Shown: positions 33,001 through 35,187, counted from the stretch's first letter. The stretch is 64,000 nucleotides of DNA from Nitrosopumilus sp. (GCA_965206745.1 OZ242220.1:1504001-1568000); one strand, 5' to 3'. Notes: generated from the sequence alone by a model not told the origin. Numbers and translations are program-made.

Positions 33001-34847
33001 AATGAAATTGGGGTACCGCCATGCTCCTCGCCTGGAATCCACAAAAATTCACCGGTGGTTGGATGAATGGTTGCACCGTCATCGTTGGGCAATAGACTCC
33101 ATGTTGGAGCAGGTTCATCGTCTCCAGTGTCAGGATCCGTGCCGTTTAGAGTAAATGATATGTTGTCAAACTCTACAACACTCCTAGAGATACTAGATGA
33201 GATTGGATCTATTATTGGCAGTTGGTTGTTATTCGTTATAAGCAGTCGGCCCATCTGTATACCTGATTCCCCTGTCTCATCAGTATACCTCCATGTAAAG
33301 GAGACGGATGGGGGATCTGTAAAGGTAGCAGTATAGTCAAATGGGAACTTGACTGGCGGATCAAATTTACCAGTGATCTCATTCAGATTATCCATAATGT
33401 CGTCATAGTCAGAGTCTAGGATCTCAAATGTGACAGGCGTGTCCGGAGACAGACCGGGATTTATAACAGAATCGATGAGATTTGGAATATTTACGTCTTC
33501 ACGCACGGTGTGGTCATAATCAGTAAAGGATAAAATTCTCTGACTCCTTTGAGGAACCACCTCATCTGTATCACGTACATCAAATGTGAGGGTTTGAATA
33601 TCTGTATCTCCTTCAGAATCAGTAAAGGTAAATTCAAATTCAACTGCTGAATCACCGTGCCTGTCATCAGGCCTCCAGAAAAAGCGTCCAGTCTCTTCAT
33701 TAATCGTTGCATCCGTAGGAGTCTCAGATGAGAAAGCCCACGTTGTAACATGATCGTCACCATCAATACCAGGCAGCATAAATTCTATGATATCTCCCTT
33801 GTCAAGGTCGGTATCAATAGATGAAAGGTCACCTATTTTCGGTTCTCTATTAAGTACGGTAAATGTATGTGATAGAGATAATAATGGATCCCCAGTCACA
33901 ACCTCACCAAATACGCGAAATTCAAACGTGACAATTCTACCGATGTCCTCTAGTCCCGGAGTCCAGCTGAAGCTTCCGGTCTCTGAATCAAACGTTGCAG
34001 TCTCATTAGTTGGAGATATGGTGTATGTTATAATACCAAAAACATTCTCGGGTTTCAGCTGAAATTCTATGAATTGATTTGCGTGAAGTGTGTCAGGGAC
34101 GTCATCTCGAATGTTTACCGTAAAAGAAAGGCCGCCATCATTGACCAATAGTGTACCACTTGACCTTTCCAGTACTCCTCCGAGGCCGTCATCATAACTC
34201 CAAATAAAATTATACCTAGTCTGGTCCTGCACGATAAATGGGAACTTGTCTGAAAAGTCACCAGTTATAGGATCCAGAGATTCTGCGACGTGGTCAGGCA
34301 AATCACCACTCTCATACGTGTACATAGGTGTGGCACCAGATGGTATTCCATCAAGATATGTAATTGCATTAGAGAGACCAGGGAGGGCATCATTCTCGTC
34401 TATCTCTTCGGAATACTCAACAAAGTCTGGCAGTCGGTGTTTTACAAACAAATCAAATTCCCTCATTGCAGTAACTCCCGCCTGAGTCGCAGTCAGAGTA
34501 ACATGACATGTCTTGCCGGCATCTGCAGAAGGTGGTCTCCAGGTGAGAACTCCACGTCCAAGAAGACTTAAAATGTTATCATCACTTATTGCACAGTTAT
34601 CACTTGAGACCCCCCAGCTAACAAATTGGAAGCTAAAGGTTGATGTGGTAAATACAAATCTAAACCGGTCTTCCACAATCCCTGTCCTGTCAGAATCGTC
34701 AAACTCATTTGGAAGGTCTATGGATAAGACAATTATTGGTTCTGTTATCACCTGATGCTCTTCTATAGGTGGGTCTGATTGGGCAAATACGGGAATCGTT
34801 GCCAAAGATAAAACTAGACAAAATCCAACTACAAGTGCAATATTCAA
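1..34847 (-). CDS. Giant secreted repeat protein (>=11,615 aa, 3'-partial): alternating cadherin/He_PIG-like Ig modules and a second ~100-aa beta-rich module; putative adhesin or surface filament
   Basis: TTG at 34847 (in-frame TGA upstream at 34857-34859) gives MNIALVVGFCLVLSLATIPVFA|QSDPPIEEH, a Sec signal peptide. Manual translation in the same frame at ~34200-34847, ~11450, ~3120-3400 and 3-60 (...DTVSAIQDPATYEFEWT) gives the same repeat motifs. The ORF track lists no long minus ORF here, as expected if the frame has no stop in the window. Recurrent motifs: NxNRxPxI, GxDxD, PxWS, TGxFxWxP, FTLTDPxG, and FPFDT...YxFxWTYxD. The protein is D/E/T/P-rich. Confidence 0.93.
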   Translation of the reverse strand, partial: MNIALVVGFCLVLSLATIPVFAQSDPPIEEHQVITEPIIVLSIDLPNEFDDSDRTGIVEDRFRFVFTTSTFSFQFVSWGVSSDNCAISDDNILSLLGRGVLTWRPPSADAGKTCHVTLTATQAGVTAMREFDLFVKHRLPDFVEYSEEIDENDALPGLSNAITYLDGIPSGATPMYTYESGDLPDHVAESLDPITGDFSDKFPFIVQDQTRYNFIWSYDDGLGGVLERSSGTLLVNDGGLSFTVNIRDDVPDTLHANQFIEFQLKPENVFGIITYTISPTNETATFDSETGSFSWTPGLEDIGRIVTFEFRVFGEVVTGDPLLSLSHTFTVLNREPKIGDLSSIDTDLDKGDIIEFMLPGIDGDDHVTTWAFSSETPTDATINEETGRFFWRPDDRHGDSAVEFEFTFTDSEGDTDIQTLTFDVRDTDEVVPQRSQRILSFTDYDHTVREDVNIPNLIDSVINPGLSPDTPVTFEILDSDYDDIMDNLNEITGKFDPPVKFPFDYTATFTDPPSVSFTWRYTDETGESGIQMGRLLITNNNQLPIIDPISSSISRSVVEFDNISFTLNGTDPDTGDDEPAPTWSLLPNDDGATIHPTTGEFLWIPGEEHGGTPISFTIVLTDPSRASATVPIAFDVAPIVITPPPLNEVPTVLPYNAGVREREEIPSLSSFVSDPEETGGDAAIDYELRTFGTLPTLIAESLDRKTGDFSATFPFDTTSTGNVEPERYDFMWAYTDNSGQVPEVMPGTILVFHSNTPPSFDEYAQTVAEGGSLLSLSTAVDNPVEDPIDPISTYRIKSGNLPEVIASSLDTTTGIFDGVVSHDTVDNALDSATFEFGWTFTDGSGESVRQTSRITVNNTNQDPVIGDIPGFIPPNPGDTVRLDLTGTDPDGDEQLRWSISPDNPDDAPDGADIDRDSGLFTFTPTQDQANTRVIAHIVLADSRGGKAMTDIPFDVGGISQFNTYEETISENVAIPSLSSVFTNPDGILAENVLSYTIESSNLPDDIRGSFDVNTGNFAETFTYDAVTALEDSITYEFFWTFEDGTEPSEVQYGTITVENDNREPTIEPISILPTYPEFGLISFTVIGSDDDTNDRRPTWSVSSDDPAADADVSIHLENGTFRWIPGNEHGGRTIDVMFTVTDAAGDSATEPVTFTITNVDPTLVNEEPQFVPYTHIVFENQTIPNFSSVVTDPVENVVDGDILYDLGSSIPSTVGEALDNKTGVFTPKEILPRVDGERRFTGIFNYDYVTTFRDPIVLNFDWTYSDNNDAINLDDGQLEIRNVNRPPVIDSLPEAMNYNAVEFQAVTVDFNGTDLDTRIDTSIASDDDANEAAPTWRLALQNDGANIDSETGEFLWIPKEGHGDTTVEFTVILTDPSDAETTRVIEFEVSKAVFTRDINEPPILSEYSVGVIEGGRIPSLSDAVSNPTEIPLDESAYTITGGNLPDDIALSLNRNTGDFGMMFPFDTASYLEPTRTYSIVWEYSDGRNTPQGPQEGTITVTNDNRRPIITGTDPVNIDKTPPEQQMISFRLTGSDPDTNLGDDPPEWTVLGSTATDATIDRTTGVFTWTPDDTHGDTTVTFTFTLTGPGQQVDNMIIPFEVEDVNTRPTIEQYTGQATEGSDEDRIPPLSGVVDNPDEIPEDDISTYTIKSGNLPEVIVSSLHANNGSFRAPVSHDAVDNSLNFQLFEFVWTFTDGTGESVNQTGTLNVTNTNRPPMIDDNPPFDPTPIPGDIVDVPLTGTDDDLDVLAWSISPDIPQGARIDRDTGDFRFAPTRDQANTNVAAHIVLTDARGGTDERVLRFEVGSTLLPPFTSYAETVFENATIPSLSNVVSNLDEIPPDVALSYNIEDGNLPEEILGSFDTTTGNFANKFPFDAVSALENSTTYEFFWRITVGSETSERQFGTLTVANNNQPPTIDLIPGLRTYSEFEIISFTLTGSDPDGNDPQPTWSVSSTDPAADADVSIHLENGTFRWIPGNEHGGHTIDVRFNLTDAAGESVIETVPFTIDDTDPTDVNELAEFIPYFHTVFERQPLPNFSSVVRDPVVDPVDRDIQYVIPSEIPSNIKNAVNTKTGIFDPDESLDQIDYFPYPYVTTFRDPVTLNFIWSYHEQFDEHELDAQLIVKNVNRDPVITIPEGIDFNAAEYQTFSFTLIGEDEDTDGIAEPAPLWSVVANDDGGYINPVNGTFTWTPRDGHGDTTVPFTIVLTDPAGRPATEEIEFRVSRTEITPDINEPPELSEYFVKVLEDKSIPPLSIAVNNPAESPPDNATLYTIESDGTTLPTSIINSLNQRTGAFDESFPFDTTNYANPALNYTVKWIYNDGSPGYTPQTQTGIITVTNDNRRPMIEEPSGIDRTPSEHELLSFDFEGMDLDTATGDDPPEWTVLANATTDAMIDEETGDFTWTPSESHGGSTVRFTFTLTDPGQKVDNEIITFEVAETNTQAPTYAETIPENVPIPSLSSVFTNPDGILAENVLNYAIASSNLPEEILSSFVPTTGEFTNMFTHDAVSALEDSITYEFFWRFTDGTGRSEIQYGTITVENDNRLPTIDPIMVPTTYSEFEIISFNVSGSDEDTNDPLPRWSVSSTNTAANADATIHPENGTFLWIPGESHAGTVDFIFTLTDAAGEDATEPVTFTITDTPNTPGDDAPDFAPYSQSILEGQDIPSLSIAVIDPAEDSTAGAISYALVPSGTTLPEDIAESFDENTGDFSATFPFNTTGSDPGFVQYDITWTYTDGSGASPSEESGTITVNNFNREPVITPPTIDDTLAEFESISFDFEGIDPDTDPATGEAAPTWSISPNDDGAIINPESGVFLWIPGDEHGGDTVSFNVTLTDPAGAADTEEIEFTVTETALTIPDEEPILFDYNAGVSEGDRIPPLSSAVSDPVEDSASGTIAYTLESSVPALPDAVMDSFDDTTGEFGEPFPFNTTTYAEPTRVYTIQWRYSDGVNTPPQDPETGTITVTNENRRPMIEDPSGIDRTPPEQQMTSFTLTGSDPDTRTATVSGDDPPEWTVLANATTDAVIDQNGLFTWTPDDTHGDTTVRFTFTLTDPGQKVDNEIITFEVEDVNTRPRIGQYTGQATEGSNEDRIPPLSGVVDNPDEIPEDDTSIYTIISGLPDVIVSSLNRNNGTFSGNVSHSAVANSLDFQLFVFVWTFEDGTGNPDNQIGILNVTNTNRPPMITNDPPFDSTPNPGDIVQFTLTGEDPDDDDLGWGISPLNLDGAPDGADIDQDGLFTFTPTQDQANTRVIFTVTLTDGRAGKAMKDIAFDVGASPSPTFTSYTERIQEDAPIPSLSDAVTNPEEAEADLVSTYNITSHNLPDDIRGSFDTATGDFSATFPFDTVSALEGSVTYEIEWTFEDGTGTSPMQYSTITVENNNRLPTVDPIPGPRTYSEFEIISFTVRGFDEDTNDPLPRWSVSDNATVSTDAEIHLENGAFLWIPDESRGGSTILFTFNLTDAAGELDTETVIFNIIDTPNTSGDDPPRIVSYSQTVLEGQDVPSLSIAVSDPAEDGTVGTISYTFVSSDPPLPVAIGATGDFSATFPFDTVNSDPGFVTYNITWTYTDGTGTSDEQFAILTVNNDNRAPVITTRTGFNENPTELQTVSFDFEGMDEDTDTGDDPPTWSISPNDDGAYINSTSGAFTWIVGDQYDEGDTVSFNVTLTDPVGDKDDVPLDFTITNVDDTPDVNEEPAIFRYVRGVLEGSPIPSLSELVRDPVEIPPDGDIRYELLDISPSLPDDVDFDENTGDFDGSFPFNTTDSDPGFIRYEITWMYTDGSGAVPEEQFGSLRVNNDNREPVIGATPSFVSPSPGDTLQFTMTGDDPDTDSATGEAAPTWSISPNDDGAEIGRTSGLFTWTPDDTHASTTASFKLTLTDPAGDKDDRIITVDVQERTEPPQSAEPTFTSYTERVAENSVIPSLSDAVDPDTIPPGATLVYDIGEGTLPESLKDLLNTNTGAFTDTIPYDTVSALEDPATYEFEWTLTYDFVTSPVQHGILTVENENRAPTIDLIPGPRTYSEFEIISFIASGSDEDTNDPLPRWSVSSADATVDATIHPENGTFLWIPGESHAGTVDVIFTLTDAADEQVTRTVPFVITDTPNTPESDPPRIVQYSQSILEGQDVPSLSIVVSDPAEDSPDGTISYTFVSSDPPLPGITIDSATGDFSDTFPFDTADSDPGFVNYNITWTYTDDTNPSPPQMFAILTVNNDNREPVITPPNGINNTPAQFQAVSYDFEGMDPDTDDTTGEAAPIWGISPNNDGAIINPATGDFLWIPGGQYGDGDTVSFNITLTDPIGARATEEIEFTVSETAPTTDNEPPVLSEYNAGVSEGGRIPPLSSAVSDPVEDSTTGTPVYTLESSDPPLPAVVSGSFDETTGAFDASFPFDTATYADPTRVYTIQWTYDDGVNTPEPVRAGTITVTNYNRAPVIDGPSGAVDDTPDEGELVSVDFEGMDPDTDTGDDEPEWTVQANATNNAVIDQDGIFTWTPGESHGSSTVHFIITLTDPGEKVATYTIAFDVAETNAPPSLSDTPYSEQVREGDSVLRSLSGAINDPDDTLFPIIRYTHESGELPLGIRLNPDDGTFEGTVSHNATTNALSPERFEFRWTYNDDGNGPNANITQTSSIEVINVNLAPTINTPDTFDPTPNVGDLVEIQFTATHLDGDEELVWSLERGNDQGAEIDARTGFFTYTPPHFHEGGFADRTVQVTDGIITTPATRIIEFTIPVRDPIITIPPDADTTAVVGDPVTFVVTGEDPDGNTLTWSLSDDSSTATGAVLNATTGSSIEFTWTPAEAHIGPNEFTFTLSDGRGGSSTEPHTIIVSAAASELPDTSGPYTVDVDEGQQIPTSLASVIVGVESVPGITYDIVLTEALPSGITLNRDDGTFAGTVPHDATTAGNSPRPFPFEWTYSVGESTSGSQPGTILVDDVSTITAPNGTSTRTEGETVDIPLGATGPGGVTCTITDPRNLPDDLRFNDEACTITGTISDNVVPDGELSRQFTIEYDATNTVDTASGTYTLTVNAVTSPFDMYAETVPEGDAVPPLSDFVNNLDESSETPPRYAIVDGIGNLSMVAVTLNENTGAFSPVIPFDTVSFEQEFQFFTFAWTFTDGSGTTSPNQPGTLNVTNLNQLPTIQVPDGTPELIFVGQNVPVALLGGDDDTNDDPPTWSVSSNDSDANTDATISQSGVFSWTPRDVHGGTGVEFTFSITDEEGIPATAIHTFTVDPNNVPTFASYTERIQEDAPIPSLSDAVTNPEEAEADLVSTYNITSHNLPDDIRGSFDTATGDFSATFPFDTVSALEGSVTYEIEWTFEDGTGTSPMQYSTITVENNNRLPTVDPIPGPRTYSEFEIISFTVRGFDEDTNDPLPRWSVSDNATVSTDAEIHLENGAFLWIPDESRGGSTILFTFNLTDAAGELDTETVIFNIIDTPNTSGDDPPRIVSYSQTVLEGQDVPSLSIAVSDPAEDGTVGAISYTFVSSDPPLPVAIGATGDFSATFPFDTVNSDPGFVTYNITWTYTDGTGTSDEQFAILTVNNDNRAPVITTRTGFNENPTELQTVSFDFEGMDEDTDTGDDPPTWSISPNDDGAYINSTSGAFTWIVGDQYDEGDTVSFNVTLTDPVGDKDDVPLDFTITNVDDTPDVNEEPAIFRYVRGVLEGSPIPSLSELVRDPVEVPPDGAIRYELLDISPDLPDDVDFDENTGDFDGSFPFNTTDSDPGFIRYEITWMYTDGSGAVPEEQFGSLRVNNDNREPVIGATPSFVSPSPGDTLQFTMTGDDPDTDSATGEAAPTWSISPNDDGAEIGRTSGLFTWTPDDTHASTTASFKLTLTDPAGDKDDRIITVDVQERTEPPQSVEPTFTSYTERVAENSVIPSLSDAVDPDTIPPGATLVYDIGEGTLPESLKDLLNTNTGAFRNVIPYDTVSALEDPATYEFEWTLTYDFVTSPVQHGILTVENENRAPTIDLIPGPRTYSEFETISFIASGSDEDTNDPLPRWSVSSADATVDATIHPENGTFLWIPGESHAGTVDVIFTLTDAADEQVTRTVPFVITDTPNTPESDPPRIVQYSQSILEGQDVPSLSIVVSDPAEDSPDGTISYTFVSSDPPLPGITIDSATGDFSDTFPFDTADSDPGFVNYNITWTYTDDTNPSPPQMFAILTVNNDNREPVITPPNGINNTPAQFQAVSYDFEGMDPDTDDTTGEAAPIWGISPNNDGAIINPATGDFLWIPGGQYGDGDTVSFNITLTDPIGARATEEIEFTVSETELTPTIDEIPDLSEYNAGVSEGGRIPPLSSAVSDPVESSSGTIVYTLESSDPPLPAVVSGSFDETTGAFDASFPFDTATYADPTRTYTIQWTYDDGVNTPEPVRAGTITVTNYNRAPVIDGPSGAVDDTPDEGELVSVDFEGMDPDTDTGDDEPEWTVQANATNNAVIDQDGIFTWTPGESHGSSTVHFIITLTDPGEKVATYTIAFDVAETNAPPSLSDTPYSEQVREGDSVLRSLSGAINDPDDTLFPIIRYTHESGELPLGIRLNPDDGTFEGTVSHNATTNALSPERFEFRWTYNDDGNGPNANITQTSSIEVINVNLAPTINTPDTFDPTPNVGDLVEIQFTATHLDGDEELVWSLERGNDQGAEIDARTGFFTYTPPHFHEGGFADRTVQVTDGIITTPATRIIEFTIPVRDPIITIPPDADTTAVVGDPVTFVVTGEDPDGNTLTWSLSDDSSTATGAVLNATTGSSIEFTWTPAEAHIGPNEFTFTLSDGRGGSSTEPHTIIVSAAASELPDTSGPYTVDVDEGQQIPTSLASVIVGVESVPGITYDIVLTEALPSGITLNRDDGTFAGTVPHDATTAGNSPRPFPFEWTYSVGESTSGSQPGTILVDDVSTITAPNGTSTRTEGETVDIPLGATGPGGVTCTITDPRNLPDDLIFDEMNCAITGTISDNVVPDGELSRQFTIEYDATNTVDTASGTYTLTVNAVTSPFDMYAETVPEGDAVPPLSDFVNNLDESSETPPRYAIVDGIGNLSMVAVTLNENTGAFSPVIPFDTVSFEQEFQFFTFAWTFTDGSGTTSPNQPGTLNVTNLNQLPTIQVPDGTPELIFVGQNVPVALLGGDDDTNDDPPTWSVSSNDSDANTDATISQSGVFSWTPRDVHGGTGVEFTFSITDEEGIPATAIHTFTVDPNNVPTFASYTERIQEDAPIPSLSDAVTNPEEAEADLVSTYNITSHNLPDDIRGSFDTATGDFSATFPFDTVSALEGSVTYEIEWTFEDGTGTSPMQYSTITVENNNRLPTVDPIPGPRTYSEFEIISFTVRGFDEDTNDPLPRWSVSDNATVSTDAEIHLENGAFLWIPDESRGGSTILFTFNLTDAAGELDTETVIFNIIDTPNTSGDDPPRIVSYSQTVLEGQDVPSLSIAVSDPAEDGTVGAISYTFVSSDPPLPVAIGATGDFSATFPFDTVNSDPGFVTYNITWTYTDGTGTSDEQFAILTVNNDNRAPVITTRTGFNENPTELQTVSFDFEGMDEDTDTGDDPPTWSISPNDDGAYINSTSGAFTWIVGDQYDEGDTVSFNVTLTDPVGDKDDVPLDFTITNVDDTPDVNEEPAIFRYVRGVLEGSPIPSLSELVRDPVEVPPDGAIRYELLDISPDLPDDVDFDENTGDFDGSFPFNTTDSDPGFIRYEITWMYTDGSGAVPEEQFGSLRVNNDNREPVIGATPSFVSPSPGDTLQFTMTGDDPDTDSATGEAAPTWSISPNDDGAEIGRTSGLFTWTPDDTHASTTASFKLTLTDPAGDKDDRIITVDVQERTEPPQSVEPTFTSYTERVAENSVIPSLSDAVDPDTIPPGATLVYDIGEGTLPESLKDLLNTNTGAFRNVIPYDTVSALEDPATYEFEWTLTYNSVTSPVQHGILTVENENRAPTIDLIPGPRTYSEFEIISFIASGSDEDTNDPLPRWSVSSADATVDATIHPENGTFLWIPGESHAGTVDVIFTLTDAADEQVTRTVPFVITDTPNTPESDPPRIVQYSQSILEGQDVPSLSIVVSDPAEDSPDGTISYTFVSSDPPLPGITIDSATGDFSDTFPFDTADSDPGFVNYNITWTYTDDTNPSPPQMFAILTVNNDNREPVITPPNGINNTPAQFQAVSYDFEGMDPDTDDTTGEAAPIWGISPNNDGAIINPATGDFLWIPGGQYGDGDTVSFNITLTDPIGARATEEIEFTVSETELTPTIDEIPDLSEYNAGVSEGGRIPPLSSAVSDPVESSSGTIVYTLESSDPPLPAVVSGSFDETTGAFDASFPFDTATYADPTRTYTIQWTYDDGVNTPEPVRAGTITVTNYNRAPVIDGTSGIDRNPSEGQTVFFTLFGSDPDTRTATVAGDDPPEWTVQANATNNAVIDRINGAFTWPTDHTHGGSTVEFTFVLTDPGKKVVTRIITFDVAEIIGLPGTVTNGYAASVNEGQTIDFPLSDAVDDPGDPTSPITYTHESGELPLGIDLNPDGSFVGTVSHDATTAEDSPEPFTFMWRYSDGPTESLIQTSTIHVTDVPTVPESVVPTFTSYTERVAENSVIPSLSDAVDPDTIPPGATLVYDIGEGTLPESLKDLLNTNTGAFRNVIPYDTVSALEDPATYEFEWTLTYDFVTSPVQHGILTVENENRAPTIDLIPGPRTYSEFETISFIASGSDEDTNDPLPRWSVSSADATVDATIHPENGTFLWIPGESHAGTVDVIFTLTDAADEQVTRTVPFVITDTPNTPESDPPRIVQYSQSILEGQDVPSLSIVVSDPAEDSPDGTISYTFVSSDPPLPGITIDSATGDFSDTFPFDTADSDPGFVNYNITWTYTDDTNPSPPQMFAILTVNNDNREPVITPPNGINNTPAQFQAVSYDFEGMDPDTDDTTGEAAPIWGISPNNDGAIINPATGDFLWIPGGQYGDGDTVSFNITLTDPIGARATEEIEFTVSETELTPTIDEIPDLSEYNAGVSEGGRIPPLSSAVSDPVEDSTTGTPVYTLESSDPPLPAVVSGSFDETTGAFDASFPFDTATYADPTRVYTIQWTYDDGVNTPEPVRAGTITVTNYNRAPVIDGPSGAVDDTPDEGELVSVDFEGMDPDTDTGDDEPEWTVQANATNNAVIDQDGIFTWTPGESHGSSTVHFIITLTDPGEKVATYTIAFDVAETNAPPSLSDTPYSEQVREGDSVLRSLSGAINDPDDTLFPIIRYTHESGELPLGIRLNPDDGTFEGTVSHNATTNALSPERFEFRWTYNDDGNGPNANITQTSSIEVINVNLAPTINTPDTFDPTPNVGDLVEIQFTATHLDGDEELVWSLERGNDQGAEIDARTGFFTYTPPHFHEGGFADRTVQVTDGIITTPATRIIEFTIPVRDPIITIPPDADTTAVVGDPVTFVVTGEDPDGNTLTWSLSDDSSTATGAVLNATTGSSIEFTWTPAEAHIGPNEFTFTLSDGRGGSSTEPHTIIVSAAASELPDTSGPYTVDVDEGQQIPTSLASVIVGVESVPGITYDIVLTEALPSGITLNRDDGTFAGTVPHDATTAGNSPRPFPFEWTYSVGESTSGSQPGTILVDDVSTITAPNGTSTRTEGETVDIPLGATGPGGVTCTITDPRNLPDDLIFDEMNCAITGTISDNVVPDGELSRQFTIEYDATNTVDTASGTYTLTVNAVTSPFDMYAETVPEGDAVPPLSDFVNNLDESSETPPRYAIVDGIGNLSMVAVTLNENTGAFSPVIPFDTVSFEQEFQFFTFAWTFTDGSGTTSPNQPGTLNVTNLNQLPTIQVPDGTPELIFVGQNVPVALLGGDDDTNDDPPTWSVSSNDSDANTDATISQSGVFSWTPRDVHGGTGVEFTFSITDEEGIPATAIHTFTVDPNNVPTFASYTERIQEDAPIPSLSDAVTNPEEAEADLVSTYNITSHNLPDDIRGSFDTATGDFSATFPFDTVSALEGSVTYEIEWTFEDGTGTSPMQYSTITVENNNRLPTVDPIPGPRTYSEFEIISFTVRGFDEDTNDPLPRWSVSDNATVSTDAEIHLENGAFLWIPDESRGGSTILFTFNLTDAAGELDTETVIFNIIDTPNTSGDDPPRIVSYSQTVLEGQDVPSLSIAVSDPAEDGTVGAISYTFVSSDPPLPVAIGATGDFSATFPFDTVNSDPGFVTYNITWTYTDGTGTSDEQFAILTVNNDNRAPVITTRTGFNENPTELQTVSFDFEGMDEDTDTGDDPPTWSISPNDDGAYINSTSGAFTWIVGDQYDEGDTVSFNVTLTDPVGDKDDVPLDFTITNVDDTPDVNEEPAIFRYVRGVLEGSPIPSLSELVRDPVEIPPDGDIRYELLDISPSLPDDVDFDENTGDFDGSFPFNTTDSDPGFIRYEITWMYTDGSGAVPEEQFGSLRVNNDNREPVIGATPSFVSPSPGDTLQFTMTGDDPDTDSATGEAAPTWSISPNDDGAEIGRTSGLFTWTPDDTHASTTASFKLTLTDPAGDKDDRIITVDVQERNEPPSHTLGNHVVQSDGTDHILAIVTDPERDPITVSIGKEPDFGTYTFVTDTVGIVTITYRTSSGATTDDLSFEYRDNQGTLIDGVNIDITIIAPQSVEPTFTSYTERVTEGDEIPSLNNVVGNPDELSQDATQFYNITGGNLPESLVDLLNHDTGAFAGFITRDTVSALEDPATYEFEWILEYDSVRSPIQHGILTVENDNRAPTIDLIPGPGTYSEFEIVSFVASGSDEDTNDPLPRWSVSSTDPAADASATIHPENGTFLWIPGASHGGSTVDFTFTLIDAAGEQVTETVPFVITATEPTPGDDPPDFASYSQSILEGQAIPPLSIAVSDPAEDDIDTAIRYALDDNLVLPDDITFDEATGAFTGSFPFDHLNATNGPETFAFTWTYTDDTGTSLDQFGTITVSNDNRAPVITTRTVTNTNPAEFELVSFDFEGTDPDTRTATVPGDDSPTWSVSPNDDAAIINPAIINPATGQFLWIPGGQYDEGDMVSFNVTLTDFVGEKDSVRIDFVVSETELTPTIDEIPDLSEYNAGVSEGGRIPPLSSAVSDPVESSSGTIVYTLESSVPPLPDNVMESFDETTGAFDESFPFDTATYADPTRIYTIQWRYSDGVNTPEPVRAGTITVTNYNRAPVIDGPLGAVDDTPDEHQAVSFTMDGSDPDTRTATVAGDDPPEWTVQANATTNAVIDRTTGAFTWTPGESHGSSTVQFIITLTDPGEKVATYTIAFNVVETNSESTVTDYVATVDENEGFPSLSDFVIDPDGTPDPDGTYEITSGLSGSIGRSLNENTGEFGPDGKFDFNRVDISTDPRTVRFTWIYTDSFDEYDRQGTITVNNVNRAPEIDPIPDTANLAPFESETISIDFEGRDLDTNDPLPTWDVSSVDITANANATIDQDGIFTWTPAEIHGGTRVTFTLSLDDTVNRTTLDVPFDVQALTEENEPPTFTEYTQTVSEGDILDSLSTVVTDPDEALDQRSVYAIVPDIGNLPDDIRLSLDETNGNFTDPVPFDTVAAGDPPARYTFQWTFDDGSPGDPDVQDGTITVSHSNTPPTFTSYAARVTEGDEIPSLNNVVDNPAELPTPDAISNYVILEGSTLPESLRDRLNPTTGAFTSTIPRDTVSAIQDPATYEFEWT
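3405..25022. repeat. Near-identical intragenic tandem blocks: 5,853-bp period (1,951 codons) over ~9856-25022, plus a further copy at ~3405-9237 (offset 8,061 bp) and a ~1.6-kb sub-duplication (~7650-9237 vs ~9856-11442)
   Basis: Identical or near-identical shadow ORFs recur at 3499/11560/17413/23266, 5917/13978/19831 and 7780/9988/15841/21694. The offsets 5853, 8061 and 2208/2205 are all multiples of 3. Boundaries were checked by eye. Confidence 0.95.
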
Positions 34848-34863
34848 TGAGGATATTCAAATC

Positions 34864-34880
34864 TAATTATATATAACCTA
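34864..34880 (-). promoter_or_regulatory. Archaeal TATA box for the giant ORF (leaderless)
   Basis: Minus strand reads GGTTATATATAATT about 20-30 nt upstream of the TTG at 34847. Confidence 0.65.
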
Positions 34881-35187
34881 TTAGAAATTGTTTTGCATAT
34901 TCCCAGTTCATATTTTAAATATTCAATCCCATACGCAGTTTCTGACAGTCTCATTGAACAAATCAAGGCAGGCTGTATGATCATTTCAGAAATGTAACCA
35001 CAAAGGCCTGCGGCATGACAGATTCACCATATGACTTGGGCTCCAAGGAGGATACCAGATACACGTTGCAACATCTCAGGCTGTCTGAGATGTCACATAG
35101 CTGCAGATACCAAGGGTGCCAACAGTTTCGTGCTTGCCGGCAACAACCATGCAAGGACAGATTCACATCTGACACATTTCGGGCAGG

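Noticed and set aside
267-34755. Dozens of short plus-strand and off-frame minus-strand ORFs in the track, such as the 314-aa ORFs at 5917, 13978 and 19831
   Set aside because: They are Ser/Val/Gly-rich antisense shadows of the giant minus-strand ORF and recur only because the underlying DNA is repeated.
35071-35093. Hairpin ACATCTCAG-N5-CTGAGATGT between the giant gene and tRNA-Asp
   Set aside because: A single 9-bp inverted repeat with no supporting context could arise by chance.
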